The notes beneath the pieces are model-generated. The model had not been told where the DNA came from, did no database searches, and saw only the letters and a program-made list of their open reading frames with translations. A stretch of DNA of 64,000 bases from Candidatus Woykebacteria bacterium. GTDB taxonomy: Bacteria; Patescibacteriota; Microgenomatia; Woykebacterales; RBG-16-39-9b. Below, in pieces: positions 1-9,299 of this stretch (positions are counted from its first letter, which is position 1; every line of letters starts with the position of its first letter). Both the position numbers and the translations under genes were made by a program. The stretch spans positions 182,208-246,207 of the forward strand of contig JBBDPN010000001.1 of NCBI GenBank assembly GCA_040876265.1, written 5' to 3'.

Positions 1-183
1 GGCGTGAAAGGCAGCCACAAAAGCACCGGCCGAAACGCCAACAACGTGTGTGGGAACGATTTTTTTCTCCAGAAAGGCGCGCAGAGCTCCGATATGGACC
101 ACTCCTCTGTTCCCACCGCCAGAGTAGGAAACGCCCACTATCTCTTGTTTACAAATTTTTGGATCTATTTTCCTAATTTTCAT
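1..183 (-). CDS. Patatin-like phospholipase, N-terminal part (runs off the window edge)
   Basis: Not in the ORF track. Minus strand from ATG at 183 reads MKIRKIDPKICKQEIVGVSYSGGGNRGVVHIGALRAFLEKKIVPTHVVGVSAGAFVAAFHA, containing the patatin SGGGxRG..HIG oxyanion motif and the GVSAG nucleophile elbow. Confidence 0.88.
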   Translation of the reverse strand, partial: MKIRKIDPKICKQEIVGVSYSGGGNRGVVHIGALRAFLEKKIVPTHVVGVSAGAFVAAFHA

Positions 184-200
184 TTTTTGCTTGACTTAGT

Positions 201-230
201 TTGACAAACGCTTCCTTGTTTGGATACAAT
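201..230 (+). promoter_or_regulatory. Sigma-70-type promoter
   Basis: TTGACA (201-206), 18-nt spacer, TACAAT (225-230), then ATG at 239. Confidence 0.6.
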
Positions 231-238
231 ATAAGTGT

Positions 239-316
239 ATGACTGCCCGTTACCGAATCCTTTTTTACGCAGCGGCTGTAGCCTTTTTACTGCTGCTACT
301 TATCCCCAACCTTTAG
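239..316 (+). CDS. Putative 25-aa hydrophobic peptide (leaderless sORF)
   Basis: MTARYRILFYAAAVAFLLLLLIPNL*; one predicted TM helix; starts 8 nt after a consensus -10 box. Confidence 0.45.
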   Translation: MTARYRILFYAAAVAFLLLLLIPNL

Positions 317-317
317 T

Positions 318-965
318 CTAAAGGTTTGAGATCATCTCTGCGTCTATCTCGTCCAAACGTTCTACTTGTTTATCCGCTTTGGAAATATCCTGCTTTTTTG
401 GTCCAGCATCAAGCAGACCAATACATTTCATTCCCGCGGCTTTTGCAGCCACCACACCGGTAGGAGAATCCTCTATTACTAAACATTTTTCTGGATCAAC
501 CTCTAGTCTTCTCGCGGCCAACAGAAAAATATCAGGAGAGGGTTTTGTGCGCTCTACTTCGTCGCCGGCAATAGAAACCTCAAAATATGCTGTTAATTGG
601 GGAAATTTTGTAAAATTTTCGCTTAAAACAAATCTAGGAGAGGAAGAGGCCAAGGCGAGATTGTATTTTTTATCTAGCCTACCTAAAAGTTCTAATAAAC
701 CGGGCATAAGGGTAACTTTTTGAGCAAACAAATTGTTGAAAGCGGTTTTTGTAGCGTTGAGAAATTGCGTTTCTTTTTCAGGGATCTTGTAATGTGCAGT
801 TAAATTTTCTGCCGATTTTATGACGCCAACACCTCTGGTTAGATGGTCGAGCTCTTCTGAATATTCAAATCCGAATTTTTGCGCTGCTTGTTTAAAACTT
901 TCTGTCCACGCTCCTCTGGAGTCAACTGTGACCCCGTCTAGGTCAAAAATTACCGCTTCTGTCAT
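318..965 (-). CDS. HAD-superfamily phosphatase (beta-PGM/CbbY-like)
   Basis: IFDLDGVTVDS motif I, ASSS, KPSPDIF and IEDSPTG motifs. Confidence 0.9.
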   Translation of the reverse strand: MTEAVIFDLDGVTVDSRGAWTESFKQAAQKFGFEYSEELDHLTRGVGVIKSAENLTAHYKIPEKETQFLNATKTAFNNLFAQKVTLMPGLLELLGRLDKKYNLALASSSPRFVLSENFTKFPQLTAYFEVSIAGDEVERTKPSPDIFLLAARRLEVDPEKCLVIEDSPTGVVAAKAAGMKCIGLLDAGPKKQDISKADKQVERLDEIDAEMISNL

Positions 966-984
966 GTCTATTTATTATATAGTA

Positions 985-1039
985 ACACAAACAAAATCGC
1001 CTGGTCCTGGTGGGTTCGAACCACCAAAACTAGGCGATT
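985..1039 (-). terminator. Long hairpin/intrinsic terminator after the lipase gene
   Basis: Minus strand AATCGCCT-A-GTTTTGGTGG/TTCGAAC/CCACCAGGAC-C-AGGCGATT followed by TTGTTTGTGTT. Confidence 0.65.
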
Positions 1040-1791
1040 GCTAGCTTCTTTGCTGGGTGTGCGGCGAGGAAGCCGATGATCTCCTGGCACGTTTTCGCGT
1101 GGGTGACGATATTGAAGTGGTTTGCCCACAACACCTCAATGTTTTCTCCTCCCGCTTCCTCGATGCAGTCTTCCCACACTATGACCTCATCCTGTCGGGA
1201 GTAGAGAGCCAGCCTTGCAACACTCGAAGGGACAGATTTCGATAATGACTTATGGAAACGACAGTGACAATCCCCCTGACAGTCTTGAGGAATTATCAAA
1301 CGAGCTGCCGTGTACACCAATGGGTTTACTCTGGCTCCTCGAACAGTTCCTGCTATCGAGATTACGGATGCGACTTTTGTCGGCCGTCTCTTAGCCGCTG
1401 AGCGAACGATAGCTGAGCCTAAGCTGTGCCCGATAAGATGCACTTGCATGCCGGTTCGTTGTGCTGCTGTGTCGATCGCTCCACAGACAAGCTGGGTAAG
1501 GTAGTTTGGGCAGCCAGCTGTGATGCCAACCCCAGACGCACGTGGTGTGTATTCCACACTGGACAATGTTCTCTCCAGGCTGAAATACATTGGAGTAATC
1601 TGCGCTCCCATGAATCCAGGGACGAGGAGTAAGGCCGCGCCGTTACCTCTAGGGACGTTTGTTAGAGGAACAAAACGTCCCCAGTAAGCAACCGGGTTGA
1701 GAGCAGCGATGAGCCCGGTTAGGAGTCGTGGTCTCCAACTGGGTCCCACCTGCATTTCTTGCTCGGGTTCGATTTTTGCGGCGGTCTTCAT
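1030..1791 (-). CDS. Alpha/beta-hydrolase (lipase/esterase, PGAP1-like)
   Basis: LLVPGFMG oxyanion region, GHSLG nucleophile, D and H triad candidates (QDEVI, ANHF). Start placed at ATG 1791 behind SD AAGGGGAG. Confidence 0.8.
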   Translation of the reverse strand: MKTAAKIEPEQEMQVGPSWRPRLLTGLIAALNPVAYWGRFVPLTNVPRGNGAALLLVPGFMGAQITPMYFSLERTLSSVEYTPRASGVGITAGCPNYLTQLVCGAIDTAAQRTGMQVHLIGHSLGSAIVRSAAKRRPTKVASVISIAGTVRGARVNPLVYTAARLIIPQDCQGDCHCRFHKSLSKSVPSSVARLALYSRQDEVIVWEDCIEEAGGENIEVLWANHFNIVTHAKTCQEIIGFLAAHPAKKLAIA

Positions 1792-1895
1792 TTGTATCAC
1801 TCCCCTTCTCGACCGCGGATTTAAGTTATTCAAAAAAGATGTGCGTGTAAATTTATTATCCTACCGCGCTATTGCGGCTGTCAAGCGATGGCTGG

Positions 1896-2468
1896 TTAGG
1901 GATACCTGACTTGAAGCTGACAAGGGGTTTCAATTGACATTTGGTGGTCGAAATAAAAAATTATTTTGCCCTCGTAAATCACAATCGTGTGTGAGCTTGC
2001 ACCAGCGGACGTTTTATCAGTTGCTTTTAGGGATAGATTTACCTTTTCGTTGCTTGAGTCGGAAACTGTAAGTGGAATATCGAATTCAAAAATCGCAAAG
2101 TTTTCGCTCTTCTCAGTTAGAGTTGATAGGGGAACAGTTCTTGGGTTTCCAAAAAAATTTTTATCTCCAACACCCAAAATGCTTTGATCAATGGACAATT
2201 TTTCAAGATTCACATCTTGGCTGTTGGTGTTAGTAATTGTGAAGTCTAGAGTCAGTCTCTCCATTTGATTTACGGTTTTTCCACATTCGGATTCTAGCTT
2301 AACTTTCTCGATTAACTGGGCGCCCAACTTTCGGTCTTTGTATGTATAGTAGGTATCGTAGGCAAAAAGGGACCCAACCACTACGATAAATACTAATAAG
2401 ATAACGGCAACAGGACGCAGTGAGAGCCAAATAAATTTTACGGTGCTAGCAAGTCTAGCCAGAAACAT
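1896..2468 (-). CDS. Membrane-anchored hypothetical protein
   Basis: 190-aa ORF, N-terminal TM helix, beta-rich extracellular part with two Cys. Confidence 0.65.
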   Translation of the reverse strand: MFLARLASTVKFIWLSLRPVAVILLVFIVVVGSLFAYDTYYTYKDRKLGAQLIEKVKLESECGKTVNQMERLTLDFTITNTNSQDVNLEKLSIDQSILGVGDKNFFGNPRTVPLSTLTEKSENFAIFEFDIPLTVSDSSNEKVNLSLKATDKTSAGASSHTIVIYEGKIIFYFDHQMSIETPCQLQVRYP

Positions 2469-2474
2469 CGTGTC

Positions 2475-2825
2475 TTAAGAAATGTTGTAGATCCTGTGAA
2501 GTACTAAAGCGGTAATGGTGCCGACAATTGGTACTACCAGAAACAAGAAAACATTATTTTGTAAGCTAGGTAAAACAAAGCCACTTGTCGCGACGACGAT
2601 GGGTATGAAGACGATTAATATAATTGTTTGGACACTTATCCTTAGCCACGGGACCTTTTGTTTGGCGACTTTCTCAAACCAAAGTTTGTAGGCAAGTGCT
2701 CGTGCGGTTGGGAAAAGAATCAGAAAAACGATTGGATTTGGTTGAAACTGACCCCCTACTAATATGGCGATAGTTAAAGCGAAAAATAGTGCCAGTGTAT
2801 CAAATACGGAAAATAATAATTTCAT
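2475..2825 (-). CDS. Small multi-pass membrane protein
   Basis: About four hydrophobic segments; likely start MKLLF at 2825. Confidence 0.65.
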   Translation of the reverse strand: MKLLFSVFDTLALFFALTIAILVGGQFQPNPIVFLILFPTARALAYKLWFEKVAKQKVPWLRISVQTIILIVFIPIVVATSGFVLPSLQNNVFLFLVVPIVGTITALVLHRIYNIS

Positions 2826-3033
2826 GGCAGCTTGTATTTTAAATATAATACAGCCGTAAGGCAAAGGGAAGAGATAAAAATTAGCTACCTAAAAAGGTCA
2901 AATTATTACCTTTTTGTTGCTTGTTTGTTGACCCAGAATGCCAAAAGTAGTAAAAAGCTTTGGCAGCTCACAAAGCATAAAAGGTGGAAACATCTGGACG
3001 GTGGAGTGGGCTGTACTGTTTCTCGGGGTTAAA

Positions 3034-3855
3034 TCAGCCTCTTTGAGCTAGCGCCAGAGCGCCGATTATCCCCGAATCTTGGCCAAGGCCCGAAGGTACA
3101 ATTGGTACAGGTGGTACCTCTTTAAGATATTTTTTAATGGTTTTGTTTAAAGGAGGGAAGAACGCATGTTTATGTTTGGTCATTCCTCCACCTATAACAA
3201 CGATTTCAGGTGAGAAGTGAAGAATTGAATTTGTTAGACCTATGGCTAGCCAATCGATAGCTTCGATCCATTCCGGTTCTCCTTCTGCTTCGGCTGGCGT
3301 TTCACCATAAAGACGCTTTACCGCACTTCCCGACGAGAGGGATTCCAAATCGCCAGCAGGTGCCCCTTTGTGTCTTGGGCCGCTCTTGTCAATTATCTGA
3401 TGACCAGCTTCAGGGTTTATAATTCCGTGGAATATTCTACCGTCCACTACCAGTCCGGTACCGACACCAGTGCTGACGGTGTAGTAGAGCACTGGGTTTT
3501 TACTTTTGCCCGCACCGTAAGTAGCTTCACCTAGCGCAGCAGCTGAAGCATCGTTTGCTACCACAACCGGAAATTTCAAAAGTTTTGTAAAGACGTCGCC
3601 TATCTCGATATTATCCCAACCAATTAGGTTCGGAGGCCGAATAGTTTTAACTTTTCTTGTGTTGAAAGGTCCAGGAACTCCGATACCTACCCTGGTGATC
3701 CGCTGTTCTTGGGTAAGTTTCCCAACAGCTTCTTTTATTTCTTGAATACTGGCGTGGAATTCCCTAGTGGCAAAATCAAGTTTTTTATGGACTTCGCCGT
3801 CCCTTCCGGTTGCTACTCTGATGTGAGTACCACCGATATCAATACCAATATACAT
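3034..3855 (-). CDS. ROK-family sugar kinase (glucokinase-like)
   Basis: IGIDIGGT, ANDASAAALGE, STGVGTG, EAGH, IGGG motifs. Confidence 0.9.
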   Translation of the reverse strand: MYIGIDIGGTHIRVATGRDGEVHKKLDFATREFHASIQEIKEAVGKLTQEQRITRVGIGVPGPFNTRKVKTIRPPNLIGWDNIEIGDVFTKLLKFPVVVANDASAAALGEATYGAGKSKNPVLYYTVSTGVGTGLVVDGRIFHGIINPEAGHQIIDKSGPRHKGAPAGDLESLSSGSAVKRLYGETPAEAEGEPEWIEAIDWLAIGLTNSILHFSPEIVVIGGGMTKHKHAFFPPLNKTIKKYLKEVPPVPIVPSGLGQDSGIIGALALAQRG

Positions 3856-3900
3856 AAGTAATAAATACTAAGCGGTAAGTTATAAGAAACAAAGTTTACT

Positions 3901-3932
3901 CTTAAAACTTAAAGCTTAGAACGTAGAACTAG
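3901..3932. repeat. Degenerate 7-bp tandem repeat
   Basis: cttaaaa-cttaaag-cttagaa-cgtagaa-ctag in the intergenic gap. Confidence 0.5.
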
Positions 3933-4183
3933 TCCTCTACTTTGAAAACTTTGTCGTTGTCGTGGACTTTGTCTTCTACCTTGATAGCGATTTCTTGGCC
4001 CTTTTTACCGTTCTTTATTTCTTTGTGATCAAGCTGCATACTTTCAACACTTTGTTCAAAATCGTCGTGCGCTCCCTGAATATGGATTTTGTTTCCCACC
4101 TTCAAAGCATCAGAAAGCTTAATTACACCGACACTAATATTGTCGTAAAAATGGGTCACTTTACCAACTTCCTTTTCCTTCAT
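3929..4183 (-). CDS. Small beta-barrel 'translation elongation factor-like' protein (EF-Tu domain II/U32 C-terminal-like)
   Basis: VGKVTHFY..ISVGVIKL...LKVG..IHI...FEQ.VESMQ pattern; strong SD AGGAGGTG. Confidence 0.75.
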   Translation of the reverse strand: MKEKEVGKVTHFYDNISVGVIKLSDALKVGNKIHIQGAHDDFEQSVESMQLDHKEIKNGKKGQEIAIKVEDKVHDNDKVFKVED

Positions 4184-4197
4184 TTACACCTCCCTTC

Positions 4198-4791
4198 TCA
4201 CTCTGGGTTTTCAACTGTAATTGGAGCTGGTTTCAGTTTTCTAGCATCGTCTTTATACCTTCCTCTTAGATCTTCTATCAAGCCTTTGATTAATTTCTCC
4301 GGATCGCTGTCATAAAGCACCTTGCACTGGTGCTTGTGAGCAATTCGAGTGATGTCCTCTAGCTCATCGGCCATACCTCCGGAATCTTCTAGCACCCCGA
4401 TTGGTTTCCTATCTTCAAAAGCGACGGTAAATTCATTAAGAGTACCAATTCGACCGCAGATAATGACGACGGCGTCGGCGCTGCGAGTTAAGATTAGATT
4501 TCTCCCAGCGTAACCAAAGCCTGTATAGACAGTAAGGTCCATGTTTTCTACGGGTAATTTGTAGCGATTAGTATGATCAGATCGTGAGTAAGCCGGTGAA
4601 AATCCGATTGAAATGCCCCCGGCTTTTTTGACGCCCTTAGCCGCGTAAAACGGTAGTCCCGTGGTGGCTCCGGTGACCAGGATAGCTTTATTTTTAGCAA
4701 TTGCCGCTCCCAGTCTCTCAGCCTTTTCAATAGTCTCGGCATTTATACATTCGCCCTCCGCAGCACCAGAGACACAGATTTTGAAAGACAT
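4198..4791 (-). CDS. LOG/SLOG-family nucleotide-binding protein (TIGR00725-like)
   Basis: VTGATTG, GRNLIL..SADAVV, GRIGTLNE motifs. Confidence 0.85.
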   Translation of the reverse strand: MSFKICVSGAAEGECINAETIEKAERLGAAIAKNKAILVTGATTGLPFYAAKGVKKAGGISIGFSPAYSRSDHTNRYKLPVENMDLTVYTGFGYAGRNLILTRSADAVVIICGRIGTLNEFTVAFEDRKPIGVLEDSGGMADELEDITRIAHKHQCKVLYDSDPEKLIKGLIEDLRGRYKDDARKLKPAPITVENPE

Positions 4792-4837
4792 AGAATTAGT
4801 TTATCAAGTAAAAGTTTAAAAGGCAAAGGCCCTCTCT

Positions 4838-4863
4838 CATGTACAGGGACGGACCCTGTCATG
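4838..4863. repeat. REP-like palindrome
   Basis: CATG-T-ACAGGG-ACGGA-CCCTGT-CATG; shares the core CGGACCCTGTC with 11952-11970. Confidence 0.55.
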
Positions 4864-4873
4864 GACTGAGGAG

Positions 4874-5449
4874 TCAGTCTTTTTTCCAGGGAATGTCTGT
4901 GATTTTAGATTTTTTGTTTTCGGCGCGGGCCAGCACGAAAAGAAGGTCCGAAAGCCTGTTTAAATAGGTGAGGATTGATGGGTTAATTTCTTTAACTTTC
5001 GACAATGAAACTACTTCCCTTTCCGCCCGCCGGCAAACTGTTCTAGATAGATGAAGGGCAGAAGCAGTTTTTGTGCCTCCAGGCAAAATAAAGGAACGAA
5101 GGGTGTGCAATTTTTTATCATATTGATCAATTATAGACTCCAATTTATATGTTTCTCCCTGTTCTAAATGGTAATAATTGTTTGTTTTTTTCTTCAATTT
5201 CTTTGGGCTTGCTAGTTCGGCTCCAATGTTAAAAAGTTCGTTCTGGATATTTTGTAGCAAGCGAGATATCTTTCCGTCTCTAGTAAAGGATCTTGCCAGG
5301 CCAAGCGAAGCATTTAACTCATCGATAGCTCCGTATGCCTTTACCCGTGGATCATCCTTGCTCACTCGACTACCAAAAATTAGCGAAGTTTCCCCTTTGT
5401 CACCTGACTTTGTATAGATTCTTACTTTCCTCTCGGTTTTTTTTGTCAT
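4874..5449 (-). CDS. ATP:cob(I)alamin adenosyltransferase, PduO type
   Basis: IYTKSGDKGETSL, AYGAIDELNA, FILPGG, RTVCRRAER, YLNRLSDLLFVLAR. Confidence 0.93.
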   Translation of the reverse strand: MTKKTERKVRIYTKSGDKGETSLIFGSRVSKDDPRVKAYGAIDELNASLGLARSFTRDGKISRLLQNIQNELFNIGAELASPKKLKKKTNNYYHLEQGETYKLESIIDQYDKKLHTLRSFILPGGTKTASALHLSRTVCRRAEREVVSLSKVKEINPSILTYLNRLSDLLFVLARAENKKSKITDIPWKKD

Positions 5450-5464
5450 TTTTCCAAAATTATA

Positions 5465-6079
5465 CTACAAGATTTTTCCTAGTACTTTAGCTATTCTTTC
5501 AGCCATGAGTTTATAACCAGCGGAGTTTGGGTGGGTTGTATCAGCCATCAAGGATGGATCGCCCGCTATACCGTCTAGTACATTCCAGACTACCTCAGCA
5601 TCGTACTGTTCAGATATTTTTCTAAAACCGTCTTCGTATTTTTTGGTCTTTTGGGGAAACTTTATGTGAACCAACACGGCTGCGGAGCCTGTTTGTCTGA
5701 TCTGGCCCACAATAGTGTCGAGGTTACTTATCGTTTCATCAACATCTGCTCCTGCCAAGAAATCATTTCCCGAGAGCTCTACCACTACAAGAGACGGGTT
5801 TTTGCGAATCACGTCAGTTTGCAACCTGGAAAGAGCTGTTTCAGTCGTATCTCCAGAAACACCGGCGTTAATGTAATTGGCTAGGCCCAGCTCCTGCGCA
5901 ACAAACGTTGGAAAGTCTTCTCCTTGAGCGGCACCAACCCCAGCAGTGAGACTGTCACCAAAAAATATCACCGGTCCCTCTCGGGTTATTTTTTCAGCAG
6001 AGCCTCCCTTAGCAAAGAGGTACCAAAAACCAAATGCACCAACGAGGATAATTAAAAGAACTGCATAGGGTCTAGTCAT
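5465..6079 (-). CDS. SGNH/GDSL esterase (TesA/arylesterase-like), membrane anchored
   Basis: FGDSLTAG, NAGVSGDTT, GND, DTTHPN blocks; N-terminal TM. Confidence 0.9.
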   Translation of the reverse strand: MTRPYAVLLIILVGAFGFWYLFAKGGSAEKITREGPVIFFGDSLTAGVGAAQGEDFPTFVAQELGLANYINAGVSGDTTETALSRLQTDVIRKNPSLVVVELSGNDFLAGADVDETISNLDTIVGQIRQTGSAAVLVHIKFPQKTKKYEDGFRKISEQYDAEVVWNVLDGIAGDPSLMADTTHPNSAGYKLMAERIAKVLGKIL

Positions 6080-6554
6080 TGAGCAAACCTTTTAATTTAT
6101 CAAAATCTTCTTGAGAGCGGACGACTAGTATTGATTCAGTTTTAGGTGCGGACTCAACCGCTTCTTTCATCGTTTTGGCGACGTCTTCGGCCGCCAACCC
6201 GACTACTCCGGCTCCAAGCAGAGGAAAAGTAACTTTTTTGCATTTTGTATTTTTGGCTATTTCTAGCGCTGCTATGACGCCTTTTTTAATATCTTCAAGG
6301 TTAGCTTTCTTATCACTTTTATAATCAATCGTGGGTACGTGAATTACGCATTTTGCCGGTAGTTTCCCAGCTCCGGTTACAGCCGCTTTACCGATATCGC
6401 ACCAACCGATTTGGTCACTTTCTTTTTGGATTATTTCCCCACCGGCTCTTACAACCGCCGCCGCTACTCCACCACCGTGTTGCAACTGCGTGTTGGCGGC
6501 ATTAACAATAGCGTCGCTAGGAATTTGGGTTATATCACCTAAGACTAGCTTCAT
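6072..6554 (-). CDS. Macro-domain (ADP-ribose binding/hydrolase) protein
   Basis: GDIT, DAIVNAAN..L.HGGGVAAA, PLLGAGV motifs. Confidence 0.92.
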   Translation of the reverse strand: MKLVLGDITQIPSDAIVNAANTQLQHGGGVAAAVVRAGGEIIQKESDQIGWCDIGKAAVTGAGKLPAKCVIHVPTIDYKSDKKANLEDIKKGVIAALEIAKNTKCKKVTFPLLGAGVVGLAAEDVAKTMKEAVESAPKTESILVVRSQEDFDKLKGLLND

Positions 6555-6566
6555 TAAAACAAAATT

Positions 6567-6740
6567 TTAGGCCACTTTTGTGTACACTGCCCAGACGCCC
6601 AGGGTTGCTGCTACGACTATCCACGATTCGGCCCCGAGTCCCAAGGGAGCAAAGTTTACACTTAAGAAATCTAGGGCACCTAAAATAGCAGCCCCTACTG
6701 AAAGTATAATAAGTCCCATACTAGTAGTTTTTTTGTCCAT
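6567..6740 (-). CDS. 57-aa two-helix membrane protein (not in ORF track)
   Basis: MDKKTTSMGLIILSVGAAILGALDFLSVNFAPLGLGAESWIVVAATLGVWAVYTKVA*, preceded by SD GAGGAGGTG; fills the gap between neighbours. Confidence 0.75.
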   Translation of the reverse strand: MDKKTTSMGLIILSVGAAILGALDFLSVNFAPLGLGAESWIVVAATLGVWAVYTKVA

Positions 6741-6763
6741 CTAGTTGTTCACCTCCTCTCGTT

Positions 6764-7648
6764 TCAATTTATTGTGTCAAAATAGTCAACGACAGCACTA
6801 GCTACCTTTTGCATCACTGGCGCTCGAGTATTTGGGTCAAGATTGGTGTTGTTTACGCTGAAAACGACCAAAACAAACGGATTTTCGGAGTGTTGTATTA
6901 TCGCCGCATCATGGGCTTCAGCGTCAAATTTTCCGGTCTTGTGATAAAAGGTCAGACCGGCGAGCTTAAACGAAGGCGAAAAGAAATTTTCACTTTCGGT
7001 ATTTTGCATGTAGGTAAAGAGTTTGTCCCGACTAGTGTCTTTGAGTAGCTGCCCATCAGCCAGTTTTTGCAGCAAGATCGCGACGTCTTTTGGCGCCATT
7101 AGATTTTTACCAAGCCGAATATCGGTATTTTTCAAGCCGATTGATTTGGCGAATTTATTCTGATCTGCAGGTTTAAACTTTTCATCAAGAAACGCCCAGG
7201 TTTCTGGATCGCTTTGATTGACAGTTTTTTCTAGCTGAAATTCTACATTGTAGGCCCCCAGTGGATCGGCGAGGTTGGCTTTGCCCTTTTCGACTTGATC
7301 GAGTACGTAAACAGCGGTAAGAACTTTGGAAACGCTGGCGGCGTGTTGTGGTTCAGTGTCGTTGACGCCAAAGTACTCATTGTGTTTCAAATCGTACACG
7401 GCCAGTGAAAAGCTTGTACCCGCAGCCTCAATCGAAAAAAGCTCCTTAATTATTTCGATCAGAACCTCTTGCTTTTCCTTCCTTTCTTTTTTCTTTTCGG
7501 CGCTGTCCAGTTTTTCAGCTTCTTTCTGACCTATACCTGGGACTTGGGCGTTTCTACTTTTCAAAAACTTGTAACCCGCGAAACCGATAGCGGCGAGAAA
7601 GGCTACGGAGACAATGACGATTAGAGTGATCGGCAGCCATTTTTTCAT
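6764..7648 (-). CDS. Class A beta-lactamase-like serine hydrolase (Beta-lactamase2 family), membrane anchored
   Basis: ASVSK (SxxK), QSDP at the SDN position, HKTG. Confidence 0.85.
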   Translation of the reverse strand: MKKWLPITLIVIVSVAFLAAIGFAGYKFLKSRNAQVPGIGQKEAEKLDSAEKKKERKEKQEVLIEIIKELFSIEAAGTSFSLAVYDLKHNEYFGVNDTEPQHAASVSKVLTAVYVLDQVEKGKANLADPLGAYNVEFQLEKTVNQSDPETWAFLDEKFKPADQNKFAKSIGLKNTDIRLGKNLMAPKDVAILLQKLADGQLLKDTSRDKLFTYMQNTESENFFSPSFKLAGLTFYHKTGKFDAEAHDAAIIQHSENPFVLVVFSVNNTNLDPNTRAPVMQKVASAVVDYFDTIN

Positions 7649-7722
7649 TGCGTTCTCAGTTTACCTAAACATACTTTGGTTGACAAGTCTCATCACTAAA
7701 TAGTAGTGGTTGGGAACAAAAC

Positions 7723-8118
7723 CTAAATTACTTGAATGACTACTCGACGGGTACTTCTTGGGCCATCAAGCTCTACCAAAAAAATTTCTTGCCAAGTTCC
7801 AAGCTGGAGATCGCCATGTCTAACTGGTATTACCCTGGATTGACCAATCATTGAAGCAGCTAGGTGGGCGGTGGCATTGTTATCCACACGGTCGTGCTGC
7901 CACCCTCCCTCCGGGATCCATTTGTCCAGCAGTTTTTCCACGTCGGCTTTGAAACCAGACTCATCTTCATTTATCAAAACAGCAGCGGTGGCATGGGGAA
8001 CAAAAACAAGACAGATGCCTTCTTTTATATTTGTTCCGCCAACCGCCTCGCCAACTGCGCTGGTAATATTTACTAGCCCCTTTTTAGTGTGGGTCGAAAA
8101 CTCAAGAACTTTATTCAT
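7723..8118 (-). CDS. yjbQ: YjbQ/UPF0047 family protein
   Basis: FVPHATAAVLINE, HDRVDNNATAHL, LGTWQEIFLVELDGPR. Confidence 0.9.
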   Translation of the reverse strand: MNKVLEFSTHTKKGLVNITSAVGEAVGGTNIKEGICLVFVPHATAAVLINEDESGFKADVEKLLDKWIPEGGWQHDRVDNNATAHLAASMIGQSRVIPVRHGDLQLGTWQEIFLVELDGPRSTRRVVIQVI

Positions 8119-8717
8119 AAGTCTGCTGATATTTTACCGCTTACGGTGATTGCTTTATAAGTGGAGACGATCTCTAAAGCAAGCTTTTTATGTTCGTTAT
8201 TGGCCACGTTTACCCAAAAAATTACTTTTAGTTTATTTTTCTCCTCTGGTAGTGTGATTACTATAAAGCTATCGCCATCCTTATACGGATACTCGGTTAC
8301 CTGTGCTTCCCTACCGTCGATGCCCAATTTACTTGAATTGGTTTTCCTTTGTTTCTTTTTTTGCTCTGAAGTAAATTTATAGGCTCTTGGGGTATCTTGC
8401 CAGAACTCTACTCGCGCACCAGGGCCCAAAATTTCTGCTCCTGCCGGCCCATCCTTTGGATTCTGCCCTACCTTCCAACCCTTGGGGTACTCGATCGTAA
8501 ACTTGCTACTCTCATATACGAACCAGCCTTTTCTGGTTGCACTTTTGGTTGCTTCCTTCTCTTGGAAGAGCGGTAGTTCAAAGCTAGTATAGTTGCCAAT
8601 TGCGAAACCAACAAGAAAAAAAAGCCCGGCCACGGATACTGCAGCAATTATTAGCGGTAAGTAAGCCTTTAATTTGTTCTCCGTGGGTTTTATATCAATG
8701 ACGATTTCTTTTGCCAC
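8115..8717 (-). CDS. Membrane-anchored hypothetical protein (PsbP-like extracellular domain)
   Basis: N-terminal TM; W..Y....FTIEYPKGW pattern. Confidence 0.6.
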   Translation of the reverse strand: MAKEIVIDIKPTENKLKAYLPLIIAAVSVAGLFFLVGFAIGNYTSFELPLFQEKEATKSATRKGWFVYESSKFTIEYPKGWKVGQNPKDGPAGAEILGPGARVEFWQDTPRAYKFTSEQKKKQRKTNSSKLGIDGREAQVTEYPYKDGDSFIVITLPEEKNKLKVIFWVNVANNEHKKLALEIVSTYKAITVSGKISADL

Positions 8718-8845
8718 GAGTTTAGGATAACAGCTAGAAAATTAACTTTCAATTTACCTTTTTATGCTATTATTGGTCTAGAAGAGCTTGTTTGCAGACT
8801 GGGCTAAAAAATTATTTTCCTGTTTAATATATTTAAAGGATCAAA

Positions 8846-9259
8846 ATGGGAACAAAAATACTGCTGATTGAGGATGACGTCTTTGTAAGCGATATTTATT
8901 CACGAGAACTAAAAAAAAGTGGTTACGAAGTAGTTTTAGCAGCTGACGGGTTGGAAGGCATCGAGCAGGCGGAAAATAATAAATTTGATCTAATACTTCT
9001 GGATATCATGCTTCCAAAAAAGACAGGGATAGATGTGTTGAAAGATATCCGAATGCCCACTTCCTCGGCAAAAGATACGCCTGTTTACCTTCTAACAAAT
9101 CTGGGCCAAGGTTCGATAATAAAACAAGCCATTGATCTGGGTGCGCAAGGATACCTCCTCAAAGCTCGTGTGCTCCCCTCTCAAGTCCTCCAAGCCGTGA
9201 ACGACTTCTTCACCAACGGCCCGATGAAGATAGATCTTTCCGAGTTTGGTTTGGAATAG
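8846..9259 (+). CDS. Single-domain response regulator (receiver)
   Basis: LLIEDD, LLDIMLP, LTN, YLLK motifs. Confidence 0.92.
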   Translation: MGTKILLIEDDVFVSDIYSRELKKSGYEVVLAADGLEGIEQAENNKFDLILLDIMLPKKTGIDVLKDIRMPTSSAKDTPVYLLTNLGQGSIIKQAIDLGAQGYLLKARVLPSQVLQAVNDFFTNGPMKIDLSEFGLE

Positions 9260-9299
9260 TTATTGGGATTTAACGCCACTTTTTGGCGATATAATATAA

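Noticed and set aside
1002-1025. Possible tRNA 3' fragment or att site (GGTGG-TTCGAAC-CCACC-AGGACCA on the minus strand)
   Set aside because: It is the apex of a longer terminator-like hairpin; there is no D-arm, acceptor partner or nearby integrase.
2832-3032. 66-aa ORF or pseudogene between the membrane protein and the ROK kinase
   Set aside because: No motif, SD or recognisable homology in any frame.
6764-7648. Functional antibiotic-resistance beta-lactamase
   Set aside because: The SDN motif is altered (SDP) and the protein is membrane anchored; the sequence supports only a beta-lactamase-like serine hydrolase.
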